In this document: positions 43,103-51,054 of the stretch, in pieces
Layout of the letters: the number at the start of each line of letters is the position of its first letter
Position numbering within the stretch: position 1 is the stretch's first letter
Origin: an uncultured Candidatus Saccharibacteria bacterium
Lineage (GTDB): Bacteria; Patescibacteriota; Minisyncoccia; Minisyncoccales; Staskawiczbacteraceae
Length of the DNA stretch: 64,000 nt
Direction of reading: 5' to 3'
Assembly (NCBI GenBank): GCA_964599285.1
Contig: CAZREI010000001.1
Coordinates: forward strand, 34,562-98,561
Notes under the pieces: model-generated
Databases searched by the model: none
Told to the model about the DNA's origin: nothing
The model's input: only the letters and a program-made list of their open reading frames with translations
Translations under genes and position numbers: made by a program

Positions 43103-44580
43103 TTTTTATGTTTACCGTGAATGTTTGCTTTTTTTGTGGCAAGTGTTTTGTGGCCAGGAGCTGGATGCTTTTGTATTTGAATATGTAATTCCTTCAATTG
43201 CTCCGGATAAATTTCCGATGGAGCCTGCATCATCAAGTCTCGTCCATCACCGGTTTTAGGAAAAGCAATCACTTCGCGGATATTGGGTTCGCCCAATAAT
43301 AATGCCACAATCCTATCAATGCCGCTACCAATTCCTCCGTGCGGCGGCGCGCCAAAGGTGTAAGCTTCCACCATATGACCAAACTTTTCCTTGATTTCTT
43401 GTTTGCCATACCCCATAATTTCAAACACCGCCTCAATGGCTTCAGGCGTATTGTTGCGGATGCTGCCTCCGCCGATTTCCCAACCATTGAGCACAATATC
43501 ATACTGGCTGGTCAATATATTGGCGATGTTTTTTTTGGCTAATAAATCTTGCATAAACTCCGGCTTGGGCGCGGAAAAAGGGTTGTGGGTGAATGTCCAC
43601 TTTCCGTCATCGCCTTGCTTGCCCTGAGCCGGTTCGACGGGTTCAAAAAAGGGAAAGTCAACAACCCAGCAAAATGCCAAAAGATTTGGATCGTTTTTAT
43701 CAGTGCGAAGATCTGGCTTGTCCGATTGATATTTTTCCATTGCTTCCTGATAGCTCAATCGTGGAAACGGAATCTGTTGGATTTTTTTTTCGGGAAAAAG
43801 AGTTTGGACCAGCGCGATGAGCATCCGTTCGTACAGTTCTATAAAATCATCCCGTTCAATGAAGCTCATTTCCACGTCAATTTGAGTGTGCTCGGTTTGC
43901 CGATCCCCCCGCGGATCTTCGTCGCGCAGGCATCGAGCCAACTGAAAATATTTTTCAATCCCCGCTACCATCAGCAGTTGCTTGTACTGTTGCGGGCTTT
44001 GCGGGAGCGCGTAAAACATCCCCGCGTGCAGGCGGCTTGGCACCACAAAATCTCGCGAGCCTTCCGGAGTTGACTTGGTTAATGTTGGAGTTTCAATTTC
44101 CACAAAACCTTCCTGGGCAAAAAACGCGCGCGCAAAGTTAGTCACTTTTTGTCGCATAATAAGATTGCGCTGTAACCGCGGTCGGCGCAAATCCAAGTAG
44201 CGATATTTCATGCGTATCTCCTCGTTAATTTCCATGCCATCGGTGCTTACATCAAAAGGCAATGTTTGCGCTTTTGCCAAAACCGCCAAGCTTTCCACAG
44301 CCATTTCCACACCACCGGTTTCAATAGCGGTATTGACCATTTTTTCCGGCCGCTTAATAATCTGGCCAACAAGCTCCACCACCCATTCGCTACGTACGTC
44401 CTGCGAAGTGGCGTAAGCCTCTGCGTTTTGCGGCACCAGCACGCACTGCAAAACCCCCGACTTGTCGCGCAAATCAATAAAAACAATCTTGCCATGGGCA
44501 CGGCGCACACTGACCCATCCGGCCACCTTCACTTTTTCGCCCACATGTTTTGCCGCCTCACTGATTAGAAATCTAGGCAT
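43099..44580 (-). CDS. aspS: aspartyl-tRNA synthetase, bacterial-type core without the GAD insertion domain
   Basis: 'FYALPQSPQQYKQLLMVAGIEKYFQLARCLRDEDPRGDRQTEHTQID', 'GGGSIR' and 'PPHGGIGSGIDR'. Only 493 aa. Confidence 0.9.
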   Translation of the reverse strand: MPRFLISEAAKHVGEKVKVAGWVSVRRAHGKIVFIDLRDKSGVLQCVLVPQNAEAYATSQDVRSEWVVELVGQIIKRPEKMVNTAIETGGVEMAVESLAVLAKAQTLPFDVSTDGMEINEEIRMKYRYLDLRRPRLQRNLIMRQKVTNFARAFFAQEGFVEIETPTLTKSTPEGSRDFVVPSRLHAGMFYALPQSPQQYKQLLMVAGIEKYFQLARCLRDEDPRGDRQTEHTQIDVEMSFIERDDFIELYERMLIALVQTLFPEKKIQQIPFPRLSYQEAMEKYQSDKPDLRTDKNDPNLLAFCWVVDFPFFEPVEPAQGKQGDDGKWTFTHNPFSAPKPEFMQDLLAKKNIANILTSQYDIVLNGWEIGGGSIRNNTPEAIEAVFEIMGYGKQEIKEKFGHMVEAYTFGAPPHGGIGSGIDRIVALLLGEPNIREVIAFPKTGDGRDLMMQAPSEIYPEQLKELHIQIQKHPAPGHKTLATKKANIHGKHKK

Positions 44581-44635
44581 AATTTTTTATTATTTTACAG
44601 ATTCAAAAGGTTTATATTTCGTTTCAACTTTATTT

Positions 44636-45199
44636 TTACGAATTTTCTGCTACTTTTTTAATTAATGCCTCCAACATCTCTAATGTTCCCTGCTTCTGCG
44701 CCAAATCTCTAACCCGCTCTAAATCAACTTCTGAAATAGCCAACACTGATTCTATATCTTCAAGCTGTCGAGTTGATTCCGTCATTTTGTGCCACAAAAG
44801 CTTGCTTAAAATTAAATCTTCAGGACAAACAAAATTAATCTTATAACCATAAAAATCTTTGGCAACCGCTCGTTTTAATTCTTGTTCATTAAAATAATCT
44901 TTAACAATCCAAAAATCTGCTTTTAGTCCGGTGTTTGGATCAACAAAATTAAATTCTCCCTTTTGTTTTAACGCTTGCCCCATGGCTTCTTTCGAAACAT
45001 ACACATCTTTATCGAATTGTAATAATTCTCTAGCCAAGGTACCAATATCTTTTGGAGTAAATTCAACGATGATATCAACGTCTGCGGTATGACGCACCCT
45101 TCCCCAAACAGAAACTGCCATTCCACCCGTTATAGCATAAGGTATTTTTAACCGGTCTAATATTTTAGCTATTTTTATGAGAAAGGCCGTTATTTCCAT
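44636..45199 (-). CDS. minimal nucleotidyltransferase-fold protein
   Basis: 'IPYAITGGMAVSVWGRVRHTADVDIIV' fits the GGx(9-13)DxD NTase signature. Confidence 0.55.
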   Translation of the reverse strand: MEITAFLIKIAKILDRLKIPYAITGGMAVSVWGRVRHTADVDIIVEFTPKDIGTLARELLQFDKDVYVSKEAMGQALKQKGEFNFVDPNTGLKADFWIVKDYFNEQELKRAVAKDFYGYKINFVCPEDLILSKLLWHKMTESTRQLEDIESVLAISEVDLERVRDLAQKQGTLEMLEALIKKVAENS

Positions 45200-45347
45200 G
45201 CTTTTTCCTATCGTTTAACGAGTTTAACGTTTTACCAAGCTCAAAAAGCTGACCTACCATGCTAATCTTTTGGGCTGCGGTCATTTTCTTAAAAATTTCA
45301 TCCTGCATTTTCTGAGCCATCTTTGGAGTTACTATTTGTTTTTTCAT
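45165..45347 (-). CDS. small helical protein upstream of the NTase gene (possible partner)
   Basis: 60-aa ORF overlapping the NTase start by 35 nt. No motif recognised. Confidence 0.3.
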   Translation of the reverse strand: MKKQIVTPKMAQKMQDEIFKKMTAAQKISMVGQLFELGKTLNSLNDRKKHGNNGLSHKNS

Positions 45348-45350
45348 TAT

Positions 45351-46529
45351 TTATTTCAACTTTATTTTTATAAATTTTCGTTTGCCCGCCTGCACCACCA
45401 TTTCATTTTCCAACGCTACCTCTTCTTTCCAGTTGGTAATTTTTATTTCCGAATTAATGGTCACCGCGCCACCGTCCACCAGCCGGCGGGCTTCATTTTT
45501 TGAGGGAGCCAAATTACTATCGCACAATAAATCTAAAATCGGGTAACTGGTTTTTGATGTTTCAAAAATTTCTATTTCGCTAGGCGTTTCGTGCCGGCGA
45601 AACACTTTATCGAAATTTTCTGTTGCCTCTCTAGCGGCTTTTTCTCCGTGGTACATTTTTACAATCTCGCTTGCCAGACGCGCTTTTTGATCGCGCGGGT
45701 TTGGTATTTTTTTAATTTCTTGTAAATCTAAATTCGTGCAAAGTTCAACATAATCACCAATCAATTCATCCTTTATAGACATAATTTTTCCGTACATATT
45801 TTCAGGAGTATCGGTAAGGTAAATCGCGTTATCATACGTTTTACTCATTTTACGCCCATCGGTGCCCAGCAACAGTTTTGTGGTTAAAATATCTTTGTCT
45901 TTATGATGGTATATTTTTTGCAAGGTTCTGCCACAAAGCATGTTAAACATTTGGTCGTTTCCGCCAATCTCCACATCAACGTCCATGGCCACCGAATCGT
46001 ACCCTTGCATTAACGGGTACATAAATTCAGTTTGGTTTATCGGAGTATTTTCTTTCATGCGCTTATCAAACATGTCCCGATGCAACATTTGCTGAACGGT
46101 AAAATGGCTGGATAATGTTAGAATATCTTCCCACCGTAATTTTGAAAGCCAAGCGGAATTATACTTTATTTTTACGTTGGAAAAATTTAAAACTTTGGAA
46201 GCCTGCTTTTTATAATTTTTAAAATTTTCTTTGATTTGCTTATCAGAAAGCGGTAAGCGCATGGCATCGCGGCCAGAAGGATCCCCAATTTTTGCGGTAA
46301 AATCTCCGATTAACAAAATAACTTCATGTCCCAGTTCCACAAATTCTTGTAGTTTTTTCAAAACAACCGCATGCCCCAAATGCAACAAAGACCCCGTAGG
46401 ATCAATGCCGTAATATACCCTAAGCCGCTTGCCCGAAAGCAGCTTTTTTCCCAAGTCCTGTCGCACAATAACTTCGCTCACTCCCCTGCTCAACACGCCT
46501 TCAATTTTTTGCTGGTCAATGTTTACCAT
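45351..46529 (-). CDS. tyrS: tyrosyl-tRNA synthetase
   Basis: 'GIDPTGSLLHLGHAVVLKKL' (HIGH), 'KMSKT' and the C-terminal S4-like 'SKNEARRLVDGGAVTIN'. The start was trimmed to ATG 46529. Confidence 0.9.
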   Translation of the reverse strand: MVNIDQQKIEGVLSRGVSEVIVRQDLGKKLLSGKRLRVYYGIDPTGSLLHLGHAVVLKKLQEFVELGHEVILLIGDFTAKIGDPSGRDAMRLPLSDKQIKENFKNYKKQASKVLNFSNVKIKYNSAWLSKLRWEDILTLSSHFTVQQMLHRDMFDKRMKENTPINQTEFMYPLMQGYDSVAMDVDVEIGGNDQMFNMLCGRTLQKIYHHKDKDILTTKLLLGTDGRKMSKTYDNAIYLTDTPENMYGKIMSIKDELIGDYVELCTNLDLQEIKKIPNPRDQKARLASEIVKMYHGEKAAREATENFDKVFRRHETPSEIEIFETSKTSYPILDLLCDSNLAPSKNEARRLVDGGAVTINSEIKITNWKEEVALENEMVVQAGKRKFIKIKLK

Positions 46530-46566
46530 GAGTTTATTATACTGATTTGCCAATAAAATAAAACTA

Positions 46567-46594
46567 TTGACAATAACTCTCAACATAGTAAGAT
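46567..46594 (+). promoter_or_regulatory. candidate promoter for the small Cys-rich ORF
   Basis: TTGACA (46567-46572), a 16-nt spacer, then TAAGAT (46589-46594). Confidence 0.35.
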
Positions 46595-46660
46595 GGGTGC
46601 GAGTAGGATGGCAGAATGGTTTTGCCAAAAACTCAATGTGTCCTTTGACAAGGGATTGGT

Positions 46661-46855
46661 ATGAACATCAGTGAAAACGGGTTCGGGAAGAATTTTTGTA
46701 GAGGCAACTGCGGCAAAGAACTGCCAAGAGGCCAGTTCTACTGCCCGACTTGCCATGGCAAGATAGGTTCAAAGCCGCTTTCAAAAGTGGCTATCCTGAT
46801 GATGCGGTGCAAACCGAAAGGCAAACGTTGTCCGGCAAAGAGTCCGCCGGAATAG
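46661..46855 (+). CDS. small Cys-rich (zinc-ribbon-like) protein
   Basis: 'CRGNCGKELPRGQFYCPTCHGK', bracketed by a candidate promoter and a terminator. Confidence 0.4.
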   Translation: MNISENGFGKNFCRGNCGKELPRGQFYCPTCHGKIGSKPLSKVAILMMRCKPKGKRCPAKSPPE

Positions 46856-46877
46856 TAAAATCACAAAACCACGAATG

Positions 46878-46907
46878 CGGCAAAGCTGATGCTTTGCCGT
46901 CTTTTTT
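46878..46907 (+). terminator. rho-independent terminator
   Basis: cggcaaagc-tgat-gctttgccg followed by tcttttttt. Confidence 0.65.
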
Positions 46908-48232
46908 TAAAACTTGTCCACAAGCTTATAAATATCTCCAGCTCCCATAATCACTAATACTTCCCCATTTTTTATGTTTTCTTTTACGAATTTTTCGGCT
47001 TGATCAGTTGGCATATAAGTTGCATTTTTGCGAGCGATTTTTTTTACCAGATTTTCAGAGCTTACCTCATTGCTGATTTTTTTCTCCTCGCGGCCAGCGA
47101 CATCGTAAATATCGGTAATAATAATGGTATCTATTTTGACTTGCCGAAACACTTTTACAAAATCTTTTAATAAATAAAACGTGCGCTGATATTGGTGGGG
47201 CTGGAAAATGAGCCAGATTTTTCTTCGCCCTTCCGAAGCCTTGCGCGAAGGAGGGTTAGAAGGATATTTTTCTCGTGCGGCTTTAAGTGTCGCTAACACT
47301 TCGTTTGGATGATGGCCGTAATCAGAAACCACGATTATTTTTTTCCCATTGACATTCCCTTCCTTAATTTCGAATCTTCTCCAAGATCCCTTGTATTCAG
47401 AAAGAACTTTAAACGTAATAGCATCTTTGATATGCAAAATTCTGGCCACTGCCAGTACCGCCAATGCGTTGGACACGTTATGCTGGCCGGGAATTTTTAA
47501 AATCTTTTTTATTTTTGCCGATTCTTTCTGGCGCAGCGAATATGGCATAGCGGAAAATTTCCCACCAGAAATTTTTTTCAAATTTTTATCGTCGTTATTA
47601 AATACCAAAAATCCATCGCGGGGTAACTTGGCAATAAAATGCTTGAAGGTTTTTACAACGTTGGCAAACGTTTTAAAATAATCCAAATGTTCTTTGTCCA
47701 CGTTGGTGACTACCGTAATTTTAGGAAAATAATGGGAAAAAGAATCATCGTACTCGCAGGCTTCAATGACCAGGTACTTGCTCTGGCCCATCCTAAAATT
47801 TGAATTATTAAACTCTTTTAATTTAGTGCCGACAATCACCGTCGGGTCCAGCCCCGCTTTTACCAACGTCAAAGCAATCATGGCCGTGGTAGTACTTTTG
47901 CCATGGCTCCCAGAAACCGCGATGGTGTCGTATGTTTTGGTTAATTCTCCCAATGCTTCAGGGTAAGTTATAGCTTTTAGCTTATAGCTTATAGCTTTTA
48001 GCAATTCCGGGTTATTCTGCGCAACTGCGGGACTATAAACTACTAAATCAAAACTTTTATCTATGTGTTCTGCTTTATTGCCAATGAGAATTTTTACTCC
48101 TTTGGCTTCCAAAAAATCGGTAATTTCCGACTGTGCCAAATCCGAGCCACTAATTTTGTGTCCCTGCCCCAAATAATATTGGGCCAAAGCCGAAACCCCA
48201 ATACCCCCAATGCCAATAACGTGAATTTTCAT
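46907..48232 (-). CDS. murC: UDP-N-acetylmuramate--L-alanine ligase
   Basis: 'KIHVIGIGGIGVSALAQ', 'IAVSGSHGKSTTTAMI' and 'VVTNVDKEHLDYF'. Confidence 0.9.
   Translation of the reverse strand: MKIHVIGIGGIGVSALAQYYLGQGHKISGSDLAQSEITDFLEAKGVKILIGNKAEHIDKSFDLVVYSPAVAQNNPELLKAISYKLKAITYPEALGELTKTYDTIAVSGSHGKSTTTAMIALTLVKAGLDPTVIVGTKLKEFNNSNFRMGQSKYLVIEACEYDDSFSHYFPKITVVTNVDKEHLDYFKTFANVVKTFKHFIAKLPRDGFLVFNNDDKNLKKISGGKFSAMPYSLRQKESAKIKKILKIPGQHNVSNALAVLAVARILHIKDAITFKVLSEYKGSWRRFEIKEGNVNGKKIIVVSDYGHHPNEVLATLKAAREKYPSNPPSRKASEGRRKIWLIFQPHQYQRTFYLLKDFVKVFRQVKIDTIIITDIYDVAGREEKKISNEVSSENLVKKIARKNATYMPTDQAEKFVKENIKNGEVLVIMGAGDIYKLVDKF
47223..47263. repeat. intragenic in-frame repeat word in murC (AGCCTTGCGCGAAGGAGG type)
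   Basis: 'cttcgcccttccgaagccttgcgcgaaggagggttagaagg' encodes 'PSNPPSRKASEGRRK' on the minus strand. Confidence 0.55.
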
Positions 48233-48294
48233 ATTTTTCTGTCCAGACGCGAGCGAGGCCGGCTTTGCCGGATCGCCCGTCTCGGGAAAAATTT

Positions 48295-48376
48295 CTTACG
48301 AATTACGAATTTGGCCGAATTACGAATGTACGAATTCGCCGTATTCGTAATTCGCTTAAATTCGTAATTCGTAGGA
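48295..48376. repeat. family D-type hairpin, copy 6
   Basis: 'cttacgaattacgaatttggccgaattacgaatgtacgaattcgccgtattcgtaattcgcttaaattcgtaattcgtagga'. Confidence 0.8.
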
Positions 48377-49048
48377 TTATTTTAATTGATGTGATTCAAT
48401 AATTACATAGCGCGGCCCCTGGCGCGTCAGTTCTGATTCCATTACTTCAATCGATTCAACCGTGAATGTCGCATCAAGGGATTGGCTGACTTCCGGTCGC
48501 TCCTCTGGTTCAATCGCCCGCCACTCCCAATCTTTAATTCTGGCCAAGGTAACATGTGCGGTAAAACTATTTTTATCAATTTTAAATTTTATGCTTTCAA
48601 ACAACGCGTCTTCTAAATCTTTTTTAAGTTTTGATGCTTCGCTATTTGCTTGGCCACCTGCCCAAATGTATCTCGGGCTCCTAAGTTTTGGCATCGATAA
48701 CGCATCATTGTCTATATTCTCATCTTCTGTAACCATATCGCTGCTGACACTATTGCTATTTAAAAATTTAGGCGCCCGAGGAGGAACTTTTCCTTCCGGC
48801 CCGTACGCTATTTTTTGCAGGGTAATATTAAAAGCCCTGTGGCGGCTGGCGACTTCTTTTGCATCCAAACAGACTTGACCCAATTCAACATCGGTTAAGT
48901 CTCCCAAAAACAATAGGGTAATATGCAAATTTTCTTCGGGCGTCCACTTGGCAGGCAAATCCGGCCATTTTTTTTGAAAACCGGCCAAAAACTTTTTGAC
49001 ATCGCCAGGCAGATTTATGGCGATAAAAATTCGATGTCGCTTATGCAT
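48377..49048 (-). CDS. thpR: 2H-phosphoesterase (2'-5' RNA ligase / ThpR family) with a central insertion
   Basis: 'HITLLFLG' and 'HVTLAR' HxT/S motifs, spaced ~35-40 aa further apart than I recall for the family. Confidence 0.8.
   Translation of the reverse strand: MHKRHRIFIAINLPGDVKKFLAGFQKKWPDLPAKWTPEENLHITLLFLGDLTDVELGQVCLDAKEVASRHRAFNITLQKIAYGPEGKVPPRAPKFLNSNSVSSDMVTEDENIDNDALSMPKLRSPRYIWAGGQANSEASKLKKDLEDALFESIKFKIDKNSFTAHVTLARIKDWEWRAIEPEERPEVSQSLDATFTVESIEVMESELTRQGPRYVIIESHQLK
48672..48781. repeat. intragenic ~110-bp TIR-bounded insertion in thpR
   Basis: The TIRs ctcgggctcctaagtttt (48672-48689) and aaaatttaggcgcccgag (48763-48780) enclose sequence translated as 'PKFLNSNSVSSDMVTEDENIDNDALSMPKLRSP'. 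Confidence 0.65.
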
Positions 49049-49159
49049 GCGTTCAGCTTATCAAAAAAACTTTTTGGTTTCACTATTGACATATACTTCT
49101 AACGTGCTACCGTTAAAGTAGTATTGGAACCACTTGGCAATTCAAATTAAGGAGAAGTT

Positions 49160-49516
49160 ATGGAAATTCGAAAACGCACGCTGGTGGCGTGTGATTTGTA
49201 CCTGCCGGCCAATAGAAAAATGGGGTTTGGCATCGTACTAAATCAGGATGAAAATGAAAACAGTTTAGCGGGACGGAGCTTCCGAGTAAAAATAATCTAT
49301 CCGGACTCCGCTAAAAACTCAACCTATCACATTCTTGAAACCGAAATGGTTCCGCTGGCACAAGATTGTGATCTGGATAGCAAAGCAGATCATCTCCTGG
49401 AACATCTCCCCGAAGTTTTCCTTACCCTAATACGCGCCATTGACGGTCTGAAAAGGGAAAACCAATTCCTCAAACAGACCATTAACGGCGGCGTTGACGG
49501 TGTTAAGATACGGTAG
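49160..49516 (+). CDS. hypothetical protein
   Basis: 118-aa ORF preceded by 'aaggagaag' and followed by a terminator at 49541-49569. Confidence 0.5.
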   Translation: MEIRKRTLVACDLYLPANRKMGFGIVLNQDENENSLAGRSFRVKIIYPDSAKNSTYHILETEMVPLAQDCDLDSKADHLLEHLPEVFLTLIRAIDGLKRENQFLKQTINGGVDGVKIR

Positions 49517-49540
49517 GTCTTGCGAGGAATTTCGTAAGAC

Positions 49541-49569
49541 AAAGCTCGAATCCCGGTTCGAGCTTTTTT
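49541..49569 (+). terminator. rho-independent terminator
   Basis: aaagctcgaa-tcccgg-ttcgagcttt followed by tttg. Confidence 0.65.
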
Positions 49570-49589
49570 GTTCTTTTAAACATGGTACT

Positions 49590-50294
49590 ATGGAAATGAT
49601 GAATAAAGAAATTGCTGATATTTTTAATGACATGGCTATCCTCTTGGAAATTAAGGGAGATTCGGCTTTTCGAATCAATGCTTACCGAAAATCGGCTCGG
49701 ATTTTGGCTTCCCTACCCCAGGATATTTCAAGTATTTATCAGGAGAAGGGGTTAAAAGGCATACGGGATATCGGCATCGGAGAGAAAAATGCCAAGAAAA
49801 TTGAGGAGTATATTCAAAGCGCCGCGCGCCCGCGGGCGCGCGGCGCAGGTGGCTTCGGAAAAATCAAAGACTACGAAAAATTAAAAGAAGAAACCGCTAT
49901 CCGCCAAATTATCACCCATTTTTTCAAATCCAAGGGACTGGGCTTGCAAGAATTAAAAGAACATGCTAAAAAAAGAAAGATAATCTATTCCCGCTACACC
50001 AAACCGGCAAAACAGCTTTTAGAATTGGCTGGATCCATTGAAGGCGCCAAACAAGCCATTGATACGGTAGCCGCCTGGGCCAATTCGCGCAAACTGGATT
50101 ACACCATTGAAACGGTTTTTAAAAAGTGGCTGGAATTGGATCGCTTAAAGCCCAAAGAAATTATCAAAAAACCGTTTTACCAGGGTGACCCGATAGTAGA
50201 AAAACACGGCAAGCGTTATGTTATTTCAAAGCAGGGAGAATGGCTCTTGTTCGCGGGCAAGGACAAAGACATAGAGTGGAGAATAGTAAATTAA
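49590..50294 (+). CDS. helix-hairpin-helix protein resembling the N-terminal 8-kDa domain of PolX, without a polymerase domain
   Basis: 'EIADIFNDMAILLEIKGDSAFRINAYRKSARILASLPQDI...IGIGEKNAKKIEEYI'. The start was moved past the terminator. Confidence 0.55.
   Translation: MEMMNKEIADIFNDMAILLEIKGDSAFRINAYRKSARILASLPQDISSIYQEKGLKGIRDIGIGEKNAKKIEEYIQSAARPRARGAGGFGKIKDYEKLKEETAIRQIITHFFKSKGLGLQELKEHAKKRKIIYSRYTKPAKQLLELAGSIEGAKQAIDTVAAWANSRKLDYTIETVFKKWLELDRLKPKEIIKKPFYQGDPIVEKHGKRYVISKQGEWLLFAGKDKDIEWRIVN
49819..49846. repeat. perfect 28-nt GC palindrome embedded in frame
   Basis: gcgccgcgcgcccg|cgggcgcgcggcgc encodes 'SAARPRARGAG'. Confidence 0.8.
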
Positions 50295-50424
50295 CCTAAT
50301 TATTCTAATTATTCTAATCAAATCCCAATACAAAAATACCTAATGCCTAAAATCGTGCTTGGGCATTCACTGATTTAGTCATTATTTAGAATAATTAGTT
50401 CAATTAGAATAATTAGAATAATTT
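50290..50424 (+). repeat. family F long hairpin, copy 2
   Basis: Arms 'ttaacctaattattctaattattctaat' and 'tttagaataattagttcaattagaataattagaataatt'. It ends 7 nt before the efp ATG. Confidence 0.8.
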
Positions 50425-50431
50425 CACACGC

Positions 50432-50998
50432 ATGTTGACACACACTGATTTAAAAAAAGGAACTCAATTTATTTTTGAAGGCCAGCCATGGGAAGTGGTG
50501 GACGCGCTTTTGGTTAAAATGGCCCAGCGCCGGCCGGTGGTGCAGACCAAAATAAAAAACCTCATTGACGGCCGGTTTCAGGAAAAAAATTTCCAGCAGG
50601 GCGACGTGTTTGAAGAAGCTATGTTGGAAAAAAAGAATATTAAGTTTTTGTATTCTAATAAAGGCCAGTATTGGTTTTCCGAGGAAAACGATCCCTCCAA
50701 GCGCTTCTTTTTTACCGAGGAAATGCTGGGAGCGCAGGCAAAGTTTTTTAAACCTAATTCAATGGTGGAAGGTATTATGTTTGATGAAAAAATCATCAAC
50801 GTAAAGTCGCCCATCAAGGTGCAATTGAAAGTCAAAGAAGCGCCACCGGGAATTAAGGGAGACCGCGCTCAGGGAGGAACTAAAGCGGCCGTGCTGGAAT
50901 CGGGAGCGGAAATTCAGGTTCCATTATTCATAGAAGAGGGTGACACAATAGAAGTCAACACGGAACTGGGAGAATACGTAAAGCGCGCGTCGGAATAA
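50432..50998 (+). CDS. efp: translation elongation factor P
   Basis: 188 aa with 'DLKKGTQFIFEGQPWEVVDALLVKMAQRRPVVQTKIKNL' and 'PPGIKGDRAQGGTKAAVLESGAEIQVPLFI'. Confidence 0.95.
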   Translation: MLTHTDLKKGTQFIFEGQPWEVVDALLVKMAQRRPVVQTKIKNLIDGRFQEKNFQQGDVFEEAMLEKKNIKFLYSNKGQYWFSEENDPSKRFFFTEEMLGAQAKFFKPNSMVEGIMFDEKIINVKSPIKVQLKVKEAPPGIKGDRAQGGTKAAVLESGAEIQVPLFIEEGDTIEVNTELGEYVKRASE

Positions 50999-51010
50999 TT
51001 TAAAATTTAA

Positions 51011-51043
51011 AAAAGCCGTCGCGTTTGGAGCGACGGCTTTTTT
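51011..51043. terminator. bidirectional terminator between convergent genes
   Basis: aaaaagccgtcgc-gtttgga-gcgacggcttttt. Confidence 0.7.
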
Positions 51044-51054
51044 AGTTTAGGTTT

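Noticed and set aside
47960-48000. Apparent tandem repeat 'tagcttttagcttatagcttatagcttttagc' in murC as an insertion
   Set aside because: The encoded 'LKAISYKLKAITYPEALGEL' occupies the same length as the corresponding conserved MurC segment. It looks like in-place sequence drift rather than an insertion. Not counted among the in-frame repeats.
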